64,000 nt of DNA. It comes from Candidatus Latescibacterota bacterium. Lineage in GTDB: Bacteria; Latescibacterota; UBA2968; UBA8231. Within the stretch, counting starts at the first letter, position 1. Each line of letters opens with the position of its first letter. Positions 38,405 through 48,881 of the stretch are shown piece after piece. A program made the translations under genes and the position numbers. Where the stretch lies: contig CBDETY010000003.1 in assembly GCA_965243025.1 (NCBI GenBank), positions 2,880,001-2,944,000 of the forward strand, given 5' to 3'. The notes below the pieces were generated by a model. The model was not told the origin of the DNA. It was given only the letters and a program-made list of their open reading frames with translations, and did no database searches.

Positions 38405-39868
38405 ATGAGTCGTCCACGCCTCTTCCCCCATGGCCTGATCGCCATCTGCGTTGCCGCGTCATGCGCTCCTGAGAAAGAGACTCCGACCGATGCGGGATTT
38501 CTCGAGGGTTGGAAGCACTACTCGAACGGGGAGTACGGCGAGGCGATCGGGATTTTCAAGCGCACCTTGGAGGAACACCCTGGAGAAATCAACACCCTCC
38601 TCTTCCTCGGCCGGTCGTACACGTTTCTCAGCAAATACGATTCCGCCCGAATTGCCATAGAGAGGGCGATCGATATCGACCCGGACGATCCACGACTGCA
38701 CGAAGCGGTGGGAATCATCCACACCGGCCTCTACACCTCCCGAGCCTACACCGACAGCCAGTCCATGCACGCCGCTGCAGCGACCGCCGCGTTCAAGAGG
38801 GCGATTGCATTCGACTCGCTTCGGCTGGGTGCTCATTACAATCTGGGTGTGGTGTACAGCTACGAAGACAGTGTTCAACTCGCGCTTCAAGCCTTCGCCG
38901 CGGCTCTGAGGTCGGACTCGACATACGCTCCCGCCCACAAGAAGCTGGGACAGTTGTATCGTCAGGGAGGTTACCTCGAGGCGGCTTTCGCGAGCTTTCG
39001 CGAGGCAGCCCGGTACGCCCCCGATGATGCCGAAGCGCACTTCGAGCTCGGACTCGCCTACCGGATCCGCGGCGACCTCGCCAACGCGGTTGCCAGCATG
39101 GAGAGAGCCACGGAGCTCAATCCGGTCGACCACAAGATGCGGCTGAACCTCGGGAATCTCTACATGCGGACAGGTCGCCGGGAGGAGGGCATGCGGCTCG
39201 TGGAGTCCGCCGAGCGCCAGCGGCGGACTCTCTCGGGGCTGCATGCTGAAATCCGGTCCCCCGCGCAGGGGGGAGCCGTGCTGGTGGGTTCTGCGAGAGA
39301 TCACTACCACATGGGCCTGTCGTACATCATGAAAGGCGAACAGCACAAGGCCATTCTCGAGTTTCGCCGGTCGATCGAGATCGAGCCCGATCGCAAGGAC
39401 CCGCATACCGGCCTCGGCATGCTCCTGCTGGAAGCGGGCAATACTTCCGAGGCAATCCCCCATCTGGAGCGGGCCGTCGAGATCGACGAAGACGATCCCA
39501 TCGCCTGGACACGCCTGGGCTGGGGGTACAAAAAGCTCAAGCGACTGATCGACGCGCGCCGCGCTTTCGAGACGGCCGCGCGGCTCGACACCAACCTCGC
39601 CGAAGCGCCGCTGAACCTGGGCCACGTGCTGTTTCGCATGGGGGACATCGAAGAATCCGTCGACCACTACCGAAGGGCCATCCGCCTGCTTCCCAACATG
39701 CCGGGAGCTCACACCAGCCTCGGAGCAGCCTATGCCCGCCTCGGCAAACTCGAGGAGGCCGCTGCTGCGTACAAGCGTGCGATTGAGCTGGATCCCGACA
39801 ACATGCGGTCCCGCCTTGCGCTCGCGGACGTGTCGCGTCGACTGCGCCCGGCCGAGGCAGGTGAATGA
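38405..39868 (+). CDS. TPR-repeat protein (probable lipoprotein)
   Basis: VAASC lipobox-like segment; many AHYNLG/AHFELG TPR units. Confidence 0.88.
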   Translation: MSRPRLFPHGLIAICVAASCAPEKETPTDAGFLEGWKHYSNGEYGEAIGIFKRTLEEHPGEINTLLFLGRSYTFLSKYDSARIAIERAIDIDPDDPRLHEAVGIIHTGLYTSRAYTDSQSMHAAAATAAFKRAIAFDSLRLGAHYNLGVVYSYEDSVQLALQAFAAALRSDSTYAPAHKKLGQLYRQGGYLEAAFASFREAARYAPDDAEAHFELGLAYRIRGDLANAVASMERATELNPVDHKMRLNLGNLYMRTGRREEGMRLVESAERQRRTLSGLHAEIRSPAQGGAVLVGSARDHYHMGLSYIMKGEQHKAILEFRRSIEIEPDRKDPHTGLGMLLLEAGNTSEAIPHLERAVEIDEDDPIAWTRLGWGYKKLKRLIDARRAFETAARLDTNLAEAPLNLGHVLFRMGDIEESVDHYRRAIRLLPNMPGAHTSLGAAYARLGKLEEAAAAYKRAIELDPDNMRSRLALADVSRRLRPAEAGE

Positions 39869-40608
39869 TCAGGTGCCTGATTGCCGTGGCGGCGGCTTCC
39901 ATATTCCCCTTCTTGCCCGCGCTCCGCAGCGCCGAATCCTCAACGGCTTCCGCCATGGCGAGCGCCGGCTCGAGGGCCGACTCCGCCGCCCATTACCTCG
40001 CCGGAGGGCGCAGGTATTTCAAGGCGCGGGCTCACTCGGAGGCGGTTGCTCAGCTGCGTCAGGCCGTCCGCCTGGCGCCGGAGTCGGCGCAAGCCCACAA
40101 CCTGCTGGGTCTGGCCTATTCCTTCAGGTTGCAGACGGGAAAGGCCATCGAACACATCGAGAGGGCCATCGCGCTGGATCCCGACAACGGCATCTTCTAC
40201 CTGAATCTCGGCAAGCAGCACATGCTGTTGGTGAACCACGACGCCGCCAGGGCAGCCTATTGGCGCGCCATGGAGCTTGGCTTGAAACAGGACATGCCGT
40301 TCTACGACCTCGGGATCATCAGCGAGCGGGAAAACAGACTCGGGGACGCCCGGGAATTCTACCGCAAGACGATCGAGACGCTTCCCGGGTTCGCCCCCGG
40401 GTATTTCCGGCTCGGGATGGTCATCGAAAAGGACGGGGACGAGATGCGGGCCCTCGAACTGTATTCACTCGCACTGAAGCTCGATCCGAATCTGACCGCG
40501 GCTCACTACCGCATCGCCCATCTCTACCTGCGTGCAGGCCGCAAAGTACTGGCCGGGATCCACCTCGACCGGTTCCGGACGCTCAAGGCTTCTGAAGCGG
40601 AACAATGA
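39865..40608 (+). CDS. TPR-repeat protein with signal peptide
   Basis: AHNLLGLAY, FYLNLG, FYDLG, AHYRIA. ATGA-coupled. Confidence 0.85.
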   Translation: MIRCLIAVAAASIFPFLPALRSAESSTASAMASAGSRADSAAHYLAGGRRYFKARAHSEAVAQLRQAVRLAPESAQAHNLLGLAYSFRLQTGKAIEHIERAIALDPDNGIFYLNLGKQHMLLVNHDAARAAYWRAMELGLKQDMPFYDLGIISERENRLGDAREFYRKTIETLPGFAPGYFRLGMVIEKDGDEMRALELYSLALKLDPNLTAAHYRIAHLYLRAGRKVLAGIHLDRFRTLKASEAEQ

Positions 40609-42404
40609 AACAGCGCCTGGTGCCGGTTCTCCTCTTCGCACTCGCCCTCGGGGTGCGAACCTGGTATTTCCTCGAGATCGACGACGCCCCCACTTTCACC
40701 CACCCGCCGGTCGATGGGCTGACGTACGTACAACACGCCGAGGACCTCGCCGAGGGCAACTGGCTCGGCTACGGCCGCGAGCCTTTCTGGCAACCTCCGC
40801 TCTACCCGTACGTCCTGGGTGTTTTCCGCGTCTTCTTCGGAGGCGACGGCTTCTTCTACGCTATCCGTTTTTTCCAGGCCCTGTGCGGCTCGATAACCTG
40901 CGTGCTCGTCTGGTACCTCGGGAGGCAGCTGTTCACCTCCCGGGTCGGCATCGCCGCCGCTGCGGCGGCAGCGGTTTACGGCCCTCTCATCTACTTCGAC
41001 GGCGAGATCCTGCCCGCGAGCCTGGCCACTCTTCTCGATCTGGTCGGTGTCTGCCTGCTGCTGCACTGCCTTCGCCGTCCCACCGTGCCGGGATTTCTCG
41101 GAAGCGGAGCTATCTTCGGACTCGCCTCCCTTGCTGTGGCAACCGTGCTGACCTTTGCCGCCGGAGCCGCGGTTTACACCTGGTTGAAAGTGGACTGGGG
41201 AAGACTGCTCTCACTGCGGCGGCTCGCTTGCCCGGGTGCCTTCGCCCTGGGAGTCCTTCTGGTCATCTGTCCGGTCGTGGTTCGAAACGCCGTCGTCGGC
41301 GGAGACGCCGTTCTGATCTCCTACAATGCCGGCGTGAACTTCTTCGTGGGCAACAACGAGAACTACGATGAGAGCGTTGACATCCTTCCCGGATGGGACT
41401 GGGACGAGCTCCTCGACCGGCCCCGCAAGGAGGCCGGCATCGGGCGGCCGAGCGAGCGCTCGCGCTTTTTCATGGCGCAGGCATGGGAATTCATCAGCAC
41501 CCGCCCGGCGGACTATCTCGCCCTGCTGGGGAAGAAGACGTTCCTGTTCTGGCACGGCGACGAGATCGGTCGCAACCAGGCCATCTATTTCTGGCGGAAC
41601 TACTCCGACATACTGACCGCCCTGTTGTGGAAGGGGGCGGGAGTGGCATTCCCTTTCGGGATCGCAGGCCCTCTGGCGATTCTGGGGGGATTGCTGGCGA
41701 TCCGTCGTGGAGGCTGGTCCCTGCCTTTGCTTTTCATCGCCCTGTACAGTCTCTCGGTTATCGCCTTCTTCGTCACATCGCGGTACCGCATTCCCCTCGT
41801 CCCGCTGCTTCTCATCTACGCCTGTCACGGGGGTCAGTGTTTCGCCGCCTTTCTGAAGGGGGGCCAGCGCAAGGCGTTGGCGTTCTGCGCGGCCTGCACC
41901 TGCCTCCTGCTGCTTGCATCGAACTTCAGAGTCGGCGCCATGGACCTCGAAGGAGACGCGGCCATTCATTTCAACCTCGGCCTTGCGCACACCCATGAAC
42001 GCGACCCCGATGCCGCCAGAAAGGAATACGAACTGGCCGTCGCCCGGGACCCGGCCCACTGGCAGGCCTGGTTCAACCTCGGTTCGATCAACGCTGTCCA
42101 GGGAGACCCCGAAGGGGCGATCCCCATATTCGAGCAGGTCGTGGAGGCACATCCCGATCGCGTAGTCGCCTGGATCAGCCTCGCCCGCGTGCGCAGGATT
42201 GTCGGAGACCGGGAGGGGGCGCTGCGGGCATACGAGACCGGACTTTCCGTGGACCCGGTGGCCTTCAACTACTTCGGCAGGTACGCAGAGCTGATCGAGC
42301 TCTACTTGCAGATGGGCAACCGCGAGGGCGCCGAGCGGGTCCTGGGAATTGCCATGCGCCACTTCCCCGAGGAGACGCGCCGCCTGCGCCAGTACGTGCC
42401 GTGA
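40605..42404 (+). CDS. GT39/ArnT-like membrane glycosyltransferase (GT-C fold) with C-terminal TPRs
   Basis: VDGLTY, FWQPPLYPYVLG, YGPLIYFDG, GVNFFVGNN, FFVTSRYR.P, then HFNLG TPRs. Confidence 0.82.
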   Translation: MKQRLVPVLLFALALGVRTWYFLEIDDAPTFTHPPVDGLTYVQHAEDLAEGNWLGYGREPFWQPPLYPYVLGVFRVFFGGDGFFYAIRFFQALCGSITCVLVWYLGRQLFTSRVGIAAAAAAAVYGPLIYFDGEILPASLATLLDLVGVCLLLHCLRRPTVPGFLGSGAIFGLASLAVATVLTFAAGAAVYTWLKVDWGRLLSLRRLACPGAFALGVLLVICPVVVRNAVVGGDAVLISYNAGVNFFVGNNENYDESVDILPGWDWDELLDRPRKEAGIGRPSERSRFFMAQAWEFISTRPADYLALLGKKTFLFWHGDEIGRNQAIYFWRNYSDILTALLWKGAGVAFPFGIAGPLAILGGLLAIRRGGWSLPLLFIALYSLSVIAFFVTSRYRIPLVPLLLIYACHGGQCFAAFLKGGQRKALAFCAACTCLLLLASNFRVGAMDLEGDAAIHFNLGLAHTHERDPDAARKEYELAVARDPAHWQAWFNLGSINAVQGDPEGAIPIFEQVVEAHPDRVVAWISLARVRRIVGDREGALRAYETGLSVDPVAFNYFGRYAELIELYLQMGNREGAERVLGIAMRHFPEETRRLRQYVP

Positions 42405-44230
42405 ACCGGGTTTTCGCCCTCCTGGCATTGTCCCCTGCCCTTATCGCTGCCGGCTCCGCAGCGGAAACGCGGACTGGTCCGGCCCCCTTTTTTGCCGATG
42501 CAACGCGTGAAGCCGGGATCGACTTCATCCACACCAGCGGCGCGGCGGGCCGCTACTACCTGATCGAGACGATGGGAGCGGGAGGCGGCTTCTTCGATTA
42601 CGACAGCGACGGTTACCTCGACATTTACCTCGTCGACGGCCACTCACTCCGGGGAATCTTGCAGGAATCGCCGCCGGTGAATCTGGTGGAAGAAACTGAA
42701 GGCCATTATTTCATCAGGCATACCGATGAGATAAAACTGGACGTGAGGCCCGAGCGAGCGGCAAGCAGTCTCGTTGCCCAAGTCGGTCAGCATGGACCTG
42801 CCAAGGTGAAGAACAGGCTCTACAGGAATGAGGGAGGAAGCAGCTTTGTAGAAGCGATGGCCGGAGCCGGCGACAGCGGCTATGGCATGGGATGCGCTAC
42901 CGGGGACTACGACAATGACGGCGATCCCGATCTCTATGTCGCGAACTACGGGCCGAACGCACTGTTCGAAAATGCAATTGCCGAGAGGGGTTCATTCGTC
43001 GAGGCAACCGGGAACACCGGTGCCGGCGACGCGCACTGGGGCGCGGGGGCCGCGTTCTTCGACTACGACAACGACGGCATGCTCGACCTCTACGTTGTCA
43101 ACTACGTCGACTTCCACGCAGGCAACAACCTGGTATGCGGGGTCGAAGATGCCAGCCTGCAGTCCGATGAGGGCACCCTCGTCCGCGTGCGCAAGGACCG
43201 GCGCAGTTATTGCAGTCCCGATCGCTACGGAGGCGCTCCGGATGTTCTCTACCGCAACACCGGACGCCGGTTCGAGGACGTGACGCGCCCGGCAGGGGTG
43301 TTCAGTATCGAGGGCAAGGGGCTCGGCGTCGTCACCGCAGACTACGACAGCGACGGCGATACCGATCTGTATGTCGCCAACGACGGGGTGAGGAACTTTC
43401 TCTACAGGAACGAGGGAGGAGGACGGTTTCGCGAGGTTGGCATGGTCGCCGGTGTTGCCTACAACGGGGACGGCAGGCCGGAAGCGGGGATGGGAGTGGA
43501 TTGGGGTGACTACGACGGCGATGCCGACTACGACCTGTTCGTCACGAACTACTCGAAGCAGACGAATACCTTGTACCGCAACGAGGGAAGCCGCTTCGGC
43601 GATGTGACCTCGCTGTTGCAGCTGGCCGAAAGCAGCTACAAGCCTCTCGGCTTCGGCACCTTCTTCTTCGAGGCGGACAACGACGGCGACCTCGACCTTT
43701 TCGTCGCCAATGGCCATGTACAGGACAAAGTCCGGTACATCGCCGGCAACCAGGGGATATCGTACGAGCAGCCGAACCAGCTATTCGAAAACAATTCCGG
43801 CAGGGCCTTTGTCGATGTCTCTGAAAACAGCGGACCCGGTCTCGAACCGGCGTTCGTGTCCCGGGGCGGCGCCTACGGGGATTACGACAACGACGGCGAC
43901 CTGGACATTCTGGTGACCAACTGCAACGGCCCGGCGCAACTGCTTCGCAACGATCTGGCAGGGTCCAGGAACTGGCTGTCCGTGCGTCTTGTGGGCGCGG
44001 TGATGACGGATGCGGTCGGATCGAGGATAGCGGTGGACTGCAATGGCGCAACGCAGGTTCGCGAAGTCAGGTCGAGCGGCAGTTACGGATCGGCGAACGA
44101 CATCCGTCAGCACTTCGGACTCGGTGACTGCGGGGTTGTGGAGAGCCTGGAAATCATCTGGCACGATGGTACGCTGCAAGTGATGGACGGGCTGGCTGCG
44201 AATCAGTTCCTCACGATCGAGCAGCAGTAG
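42401..44230 (+). CDS. CRTAC1 family protein (FG-GAP repeats + ASPIC/UnbV)
   Basis: FADATREAGIDF.H, ETMGAGGGFFDYD.DG, AGMGVD.GDYD, DAVGSRI, EVRSSGSY, HFGLG. Confidence 0.92.
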   Translation: MNRVFALLALSPALIAAGSAAETRTGPAPFFADATREAGIDFIHTSGAAGRYYLIETMGAGGGFFDYDSDGYLDIYLVDGHSLRGILQESPPVNLVEETEGHYFIRHTDEIKLDVRPERAASSLVAQVGQHGPAKVKNRLYRNEGGSSFVEAMAGAGDSGYGMGCATGDYDNDGDPDLYVANYGPNALFENAIAERGSFVEATGNTGAGDAHWGAGAAFFDYDNDGMLDLYVVNYVDFHAGNNLVCGVEDASLQSDEGTLVRVRKDRRSYCSPDRYGGAPDVLYRNTGRRFEDVTRPAGVFSIEGKGLGVVTADYDSDGDTDLYVANDGVRNFLYRNEGGGRFREVGMVAGVAYNGDGRPEAGMGVDWGDYDGDADYDLFVTNYSKQTNTLYRNEGSRFGDVTSLLQLAESSYKPLGFGTFFFEADNDGDLDLFVANGHVQDKVRYIAGNQGISYEQPNQLFENNSGRAFVDVSENSGPGLEPAFVSRGGAYGDYDNDGDLDILVTNCNGPAQLLRNDLAGSRNWLSVRLVGAVMTDAVGSRIAVDCNGATQVREVRSSGSYGSANDIRQHFGLGDCGVVESLEIIWHDGTLQVMDGLAANQFLTIEQQ

Positions 44231-44336
44231 AGGACATGGGGCACGGTCCCGGGGAATTTGACCGCCCGGTTCTACTGCGACGTGCTCCTGGACTCGTATC
44301 GCCGGGAGTTCAGGCGACGCTCCGGCGAAAGCATGT

Positions 44337-45560
44337 CTACTCGTGGACCTTGATCCAGTGATTGCGCATCTGCAGCGGCAGGTCCCGGCCCCGCTGACCG
44401 ACTACGCGCAGTGCCGTGGTCTGTCGGGGCATGTGGCAATCGATGCAGTTCGCTGCCCCCCCTGCCTCCGCCATGGGAATTTCGGTACAATGCCGACCGG
44501 ACGACGAGGTGTGACACTGCAGGCAGCGCTGTGAGAAGAAGGCGATCTCGTCCCGCTGGTTCCTGTGAGGGTCGTGGCACGTCGTGCACGTCATCGATGG
44601 CGTGCGCTTGAAGCACTGGCTCATCGTCAGGAAGGGCGCCTGGGTCGCATGGGGATCGGTGTCCCGAAAATCGACCACCGCGGGCTCGATGAAATCGGAG
44701 TAGGTGTCCCCAGGCTGAAAACTGAAGGGGGTGCGCAATACGGCTCCCGGCGGGGTGTGGCAGAACCCGCAGACCTGGACCTGCTGAGTCTGCGTGAGGT
44801 CCCGGATTCTTGTTATGTGGCGCCCGGTTTCATCGTCCGGGTTTTCGCGGTGGTAGCGAACATGCTGCGCTGAACGGCCGTGACATTTCGCGCACGATAT
44901 GGGAAGCACGAAGGTTTCTTTCTCGAACAAAAAGGAATCGGCGGAATGCAGGTATTCGTCCAGGGGACGCGCCGGTCCTGAGTACTGCGTCGTTTTTCTC
45001 ACTTCGAAATGTCCCGAGTGGCAGTCCAGGCAGGCCGCCGATACGGGTCGACCGCCCTGCATCGTCGCCAGGTGACCGTAGATCCCGGGCCCGAACGCCC
45101 ACGCCCCGGCGCCAGTGTAATACGAGAGCGGGTTGAGGAAGAGCCTGTCTCCTTCCCACCGCAGATAAGCCTTGGCGAACTTGCCGGAACCCAGCTCGAG
45201 ATCGAGGCTCAGGCGGTCCAGCTCCTCGGGCCCGTTCTTCCCCGAAACGAAGATCTGCTGTTCGTACCCCGCCCCGGTGATCGCCAGCCGGAAAAAGGCG
45301 CTGTTCGCAGTATCTTTCTTGACGTAGAAGAACTCGTTTTTTTCTCCGAACTGCTCATCGAGCAGACCAGGCTCGACCACGCGCATCGCCTGCGCGTGCG
45401 ACGTCTGCAGGTAGCCGTCGGAAACGGACTCATGGCAACCGCGACATGCCTCCGGTGTCAGAAAATCATCCGACGAAGGGTCCGCGGCGGCGGCCGGTTC
45501 CCCGGCTCCGTTCTCAGCGGCCAGGAACGCGAGCCATGCCAGTACTGATGCAACGCGCAT
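44337..45560 (-). CDS. Periplasmic multiheme cytochrome c (7 CxxCH)
   Basis: CRGCH, CLDCH, CAKCH, CGFCH, CTTCH, CLQCH, CIDCH; signal peptide. Confidence 0.9.
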   Translation of the reverse strand: MRVASVLAWLAFLAAENGAGEPAAAADPSSDDFLTPEACRGCHESVSDGYLQTSHAQAMRVVEPGLLDEQFGEKNEFFYVKKDTANSAFFRLAITGAGYEQQIFVSGKNGPEELDRLSLDLELGSGKFAKAYLRWEGDRLFLNPLSYYTGAGAWAFGPGIYGHLATMQGGRPVSAACLDCHSGHFEVRKTTQYSGPARPLDEYLHSADSFLFEKETFVLPISCAKCHGRSAQHVRYHRENPDDETGRHITRIRDLTQTQQVQVCGFCHTPPGAVLRTPFSFQPGDTYSDFIEPAVVDFRDTDPHATQAPFLTMSQCFKRTPSMTCTTCHDPHRNQRDEIAFFSQRCLQCHTSSSGRHCTEIPMAEAGGAANCIDCHMPRQTTALRVVGQRGRDLPLQMRNHWIKVHE

Positions 45561-45580
45561 ACGGGTAAATAGTCGAAGGT

Positions 45581-47164
45581 TTGGGACCAGATCAATCGGG
45601 GAACTCTCGCGGCTCTTTTCGGGGCACCCTGCTCGCCCTGCTCGCGGGTGTTGGCTTCGTCCTCATGCTCGAAGCTTCGCTGCAGCTCCTGAAGGTGGGC
45701 CCGGCGAACAGCCTGTTCCTGAGGACCGGCAGCGACGGCGAAATCCGCTACGTTGCCAATCGCGAGGCCGCCCATCGTTTCTTCCAGCCACGGTACCGGC
45801 GCGATTTTGGGGGCGGGGCCAGTTTCACGGAGCCCAAGCCCGCGAATACGGTGCGCATCTTCATCCTCGGCGCATCCACGGTCGTCGGCTTTCCCAACCC
45901 TTCCCAGACAGCGTTCCCGCGCTTTCTCGAGCAGATGCTGGCGGACCTCTACGCTTCACAGCGCTTCGAGGTCATCAACTGCGGCCTGACTGCGATCAAC
46001 AGTTTCTGTGTGCTCGATTTCGTCGAGGAAGTCGTCGACTATGCACCCGATCTGATCGTCCTCTACACAGGTCACAACGAGTTTGTCGGGCCCTACGGGA
46101 TTACAACCCCCTTCACGAGATTCGGCAACGACTGGTATGGGATCCGGGTCTTCATGAATCTTCAGCGCTCCAAGATCCACTACGGCCTCAAACGCCTGAT
46201 TTCGTGGGGGACTGAAAAATCTTCCAGGGAGCCCTTCGGCCTGCACCTTGTCGGCCGGGAGATCGGGCCGCACGACGAGGGATACGAAACGACGGGACGG
46301 AACTTCCGGCGCAACCTCGAAGAGATACTGGCGATCGCAGACCGACGCGCCGTACCGGTGGCCCTGTCGACACTCGTTTCGAACCTCAAGGACTTTCACC
46401 CGCTGCGTTCGGAGTGCGATGGCTCCGGTGTTTCAAACCGGATCGAACGTCTGCTGCACGACGGCGACCTCGCGGAGGCCGGGAGGCTCGCCGCAAACGC
46501 ATTGGAGGAGCACCCGGACTGTGCGGACATCCACTTCCAATTGGGGCAGGTGCACTACAGGAAGGGGGAGTATTCCCAGGCCGCCGAGGCGTTCGCTTCA
46601 GCCCGCGACCTCGACCGGATGCCGTTCCGCGCGCCGACATCCTTCAACCGGGTGATCCACGATCTGGTCGCCGGAAGCGGGGGACGGGTGCTTCTCAACG
46701 ACGTGGAAGCAGCGTTCGCCGCGGCCTCGCCCAACCGGATCGTCGGCAACGAGCTGATTACGGAGTACCTGCACCCGACGGTATACGGACATTACCTGAT
46801 AGCCAGAACGCTGGCAGAGACGCTCGCAGAGAGCCGAATCAGCGGCGCATGGGGCTCCCCCCGGACAGGGGGACTGTCGGACTACGCGAGCTATGCGCAG
46901 CGGCTCGGGTATTTCTTGCCGGACCAGGTGTTCAACCGCAACTACCTCATACGGTTTCTCGGCAGCCTTCCGTACAGGGAGCAACCCGCGTCGTTGCGCA
47001 GGCAAATGGTTGCGCTGATACGGGAGCAGGCGCTGCAGGTCTCCCGCCTCGACCCGACATCTCGACAGGTTTTCGAACAGCGTGGCGAGATGGCCTTCCT
47101 GCGATCGATGGTGGATTCCCTGCTTCCGGAGGACCGGGAGAAACTGGGGCCTCTGCTAGAGTAG
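45581..47164 (+). CDS. SGNH/GDSL hydrolase-fold protein with inserted TPR
   Basis: RIFILGAST..GFP, EVINCG, YTGHNEF.G, EYLHP; TPR segment HFQLG. Confidence 0.8.
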   Translation: MGPDQSGNSRGSFRGTLLALLAGVGFVLMLEASLQLLKVGPANSLFLRTGSDGEIRYVANREAAHRFFQPRYRRDFGGGASFTEPKPANTVRIFILGASTVVGFPNPSQTAFPRFLEQMLADLYASQRFEVINCGLTAINSFCVLDFVEEVVDYAPDLIVLYTGHNEFVGPYGITTPFTRFGNDWYGIRVFMNLQRSKIHYGLKRLISWGTEKSSREPFGLHLVGREIGPHDEGYETTGRNFRRNLEEILAIADRRAVPVALSTLVSNLKDFHPLRSECDGSGVSNRIERLLHDGDLAEAGRLAANALEEHPDCADIHFQLGQVHYRKGEYSQAAEAFASARDLDRMPFRAPTSFNRVIHDLVAGSGGRVLLNDVEAAFAAASPNRIVGNELITEYLHPTVYGHYLIARTLAETLAESRISGAWGSPRTGGLSDYASYAQRLGYFLPDQVFNRNYLIRFLGSLPYREQPASLRRQMVALIREQALQVSRLDPTSRQVFEQRGEMAFLRSMVDSLLPEDREKLGPLLE

Positions 47165-47171
47165 GAGATCC

Positions 47172-48881
47172 TCATTCGGGGCGCTTATTCGAGGTCTTCT
47201 CGCGGATGAGCCGGGCCCGCTCGAGCAAGGGCCCGGCCTCGTCGTTGCGGCCCTGGGCGCGGTAAAGCGCCGCGAGGTTCCCGAGCGCCCGGGCAACCTC
47301 GACCCGGTCGGTCCCCAGCTTCTTCTCGTAGATGTATAGGGCGCGCTCGAGAAACTGCTCCGCCTCGCCGTAGCGCCCCTGCAGGCGGCAGATTCCGGCG
47401 AGGTTGTTGAGAGCTGCTGCTACCGCCGGGTGATCCGGGCCGAACCTCTTCTCCTGGATCGCGAGGACGCGGCCGAGCGTGGAACCGGACTGATCGAAGC
47501 GGCCGGCGGCGTGGTAGAGCCCGGCAAGACTGTTCAACAACGGGGGTATCCCGGGGTGGTCGGGACCCAGCGCATCCTCCTGGATGGCGACCGCCCTCAC
47601 GAGCAGGGACTCCGCCCGGGCATGCCGCTCCTGCCCGATGTAGAAGGCAACCAGGGTCTGCAGCGACTCCGCCGCATGCGGATGCCCGGGCACAAGCATC
47701 TCCTGCCGGATCTCCAGGGCTCTTCTGTACGCCGCCTCGGCCTCCCCGAGCCGGCCGCGCCCGGCTAGGAACGCCCCCAGCTCCGCGAGCGACGCGGCGA
47801 CGTCGGGATGGTCCGGGCCCATGGCCTTTTCACGGATGGCGACCGACCGCCTGAACATGGCCTCGGCCTCGGCATGCCGGCCCTGATCGCGGCGAAACAC
47901 CGCCAGCGACAGCAGGTAGGCCGCCACCTCGAAGTGGCCGGGTCCGAGCTCCTTTTCATAGATGGCAAGGGCGCGCTCGTACAGGGGTTCGGCCTCGTCG
48001 TAGCGGTTCAGGGCGTGGTGGAGGGTGGCGAGGTTGGTCAGCGACTGCGCCACGTCCGGGTGCTCCGGCCCGTGGGCCTTCTCCCGAATCTCCAGGACAC
48101 GCTCGTAGAGCGGCTCCGCCTCCTCGTACTGGCCGCGGGCAAAATACAGGCCCGCTAGGTTGCTCAAGGTCTTCGCCACCCCGGGATGATCGGGACCGAA
48201 GGACTTCCTGTAGATCGCCAGGGACCGCCCCAAGGCCGCTTCCGCCTTTCCCAGGCGGCCCTGGTCGGAGTAGAGCAGGGCCAGGCTGTTGAGGACCGGC
48301 GCCAGATCGGCATGGTCGGTTCCCAGCGCCCTGGCGCGTATGTCGAGGGCGCGCGCGTAGAGGGGCTCGGCCTTGACGTTGAGTCCCTGGGCCCGGTACA
48401 TGCCGGCGAGATTGTGCAGCGCCGTCGCCACCCGGGGATGGTCCGGCCCCAGGGATTTCTCGAGAATGGCCAGCGCCCTCCCGTAGGCCGCCTCGGTTTC
48501 AGGGTAGCGGTCCTGGTCGTAGTAGAGCAGCCCCAGGTTGTTCAGCGTCTGCGCCAGCTCGGTATGGTCCGGGCCGAGGGCCTTCTCCTGCAGGGCGGCC
48601 GCCCGCAGGAAAAGCGGCTCCGCCCTGGAGTACTCGTCCCTGACGTAGTAGAGAAGCCCGAGATTGTTCAGGCTGGCCGGGAGGCGGGAGTCCTCCGAAC
48701 CGAGCCTCTCCGCGATCGCGAGGGCTTCCTGCCAGGAGGTCTCCGCGCCGGCGTAGTCCCCCGCCTCGAACAGGGACCATCCACTCCCGGTGGCGGTCTC
48801 CCAGTCTCCGTTCCGGCCTGCGGCCGGCAGCGCCAGGAGAACGCACCCGACTGCGGCGAGGAACCCGGCCTTGCGCCCCAT
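47172..48881 (-). CDS. Secreted kinesin-light-chain-like TPR protein (42-aa repeats)
   Basis: About 12 LGPDHP.VA.SLNNLA.LY..QGRY.EAE.L..RAL.I.EK units after a signal peptide. Confidence 0.9.
   Translation of the reverse strand: MGRKAGFLAAVGCVLLALPAAGRNGDWETATGSGWSLFEAGDYAGAETSWQEALAIAERLGSEDSRLPASLNNLGLLYYVRDEYSRAEPLFLRAAALQEKALGPDHTELAQTLNNLGLLYYDQDRYPETEAAYGRALAILEKSLGPDHPRVATALHNLAGMYRAQGLNVKAEPLYARALDIRARALGTDHADLAPVLNSLALLYSDQGRLGKAEAALGRSLAIYRKSFGPDHPGVAKTLSNLAGLYFARGQYEEAEPLYERVLEIREKAHGPEHPDVAQSLTNLATLHHALNRYDEAEPLYERALAIYEKELGPGHFEVAAYLLSLAVFRRDQGRHAEAEAMFRRSVAIREKAMGPDHPDVAASLAELGAFLAGRGRLGEAEAAYRRALEIRQEMLVPGHPHAAESLQTLVAFYIGQERHARAESLLVRAVAIQEDALGPDHPGIPPLLNSLAGLYHAAGRFDQSGSTLGRVLAIQEKRFGPDHPAVAAALNNLAGICRLQGRYGEAEQFLERALYIYEKKLGTDRVEVARALGNLAALYRAQGRNDEAGPLLERARLIREKTSNKRPE

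Noticed and set aside
47172-48760. 126-nt periodic DNA repeats
   Set aside because: Explained by coding TPR repeats; not CRISPR.
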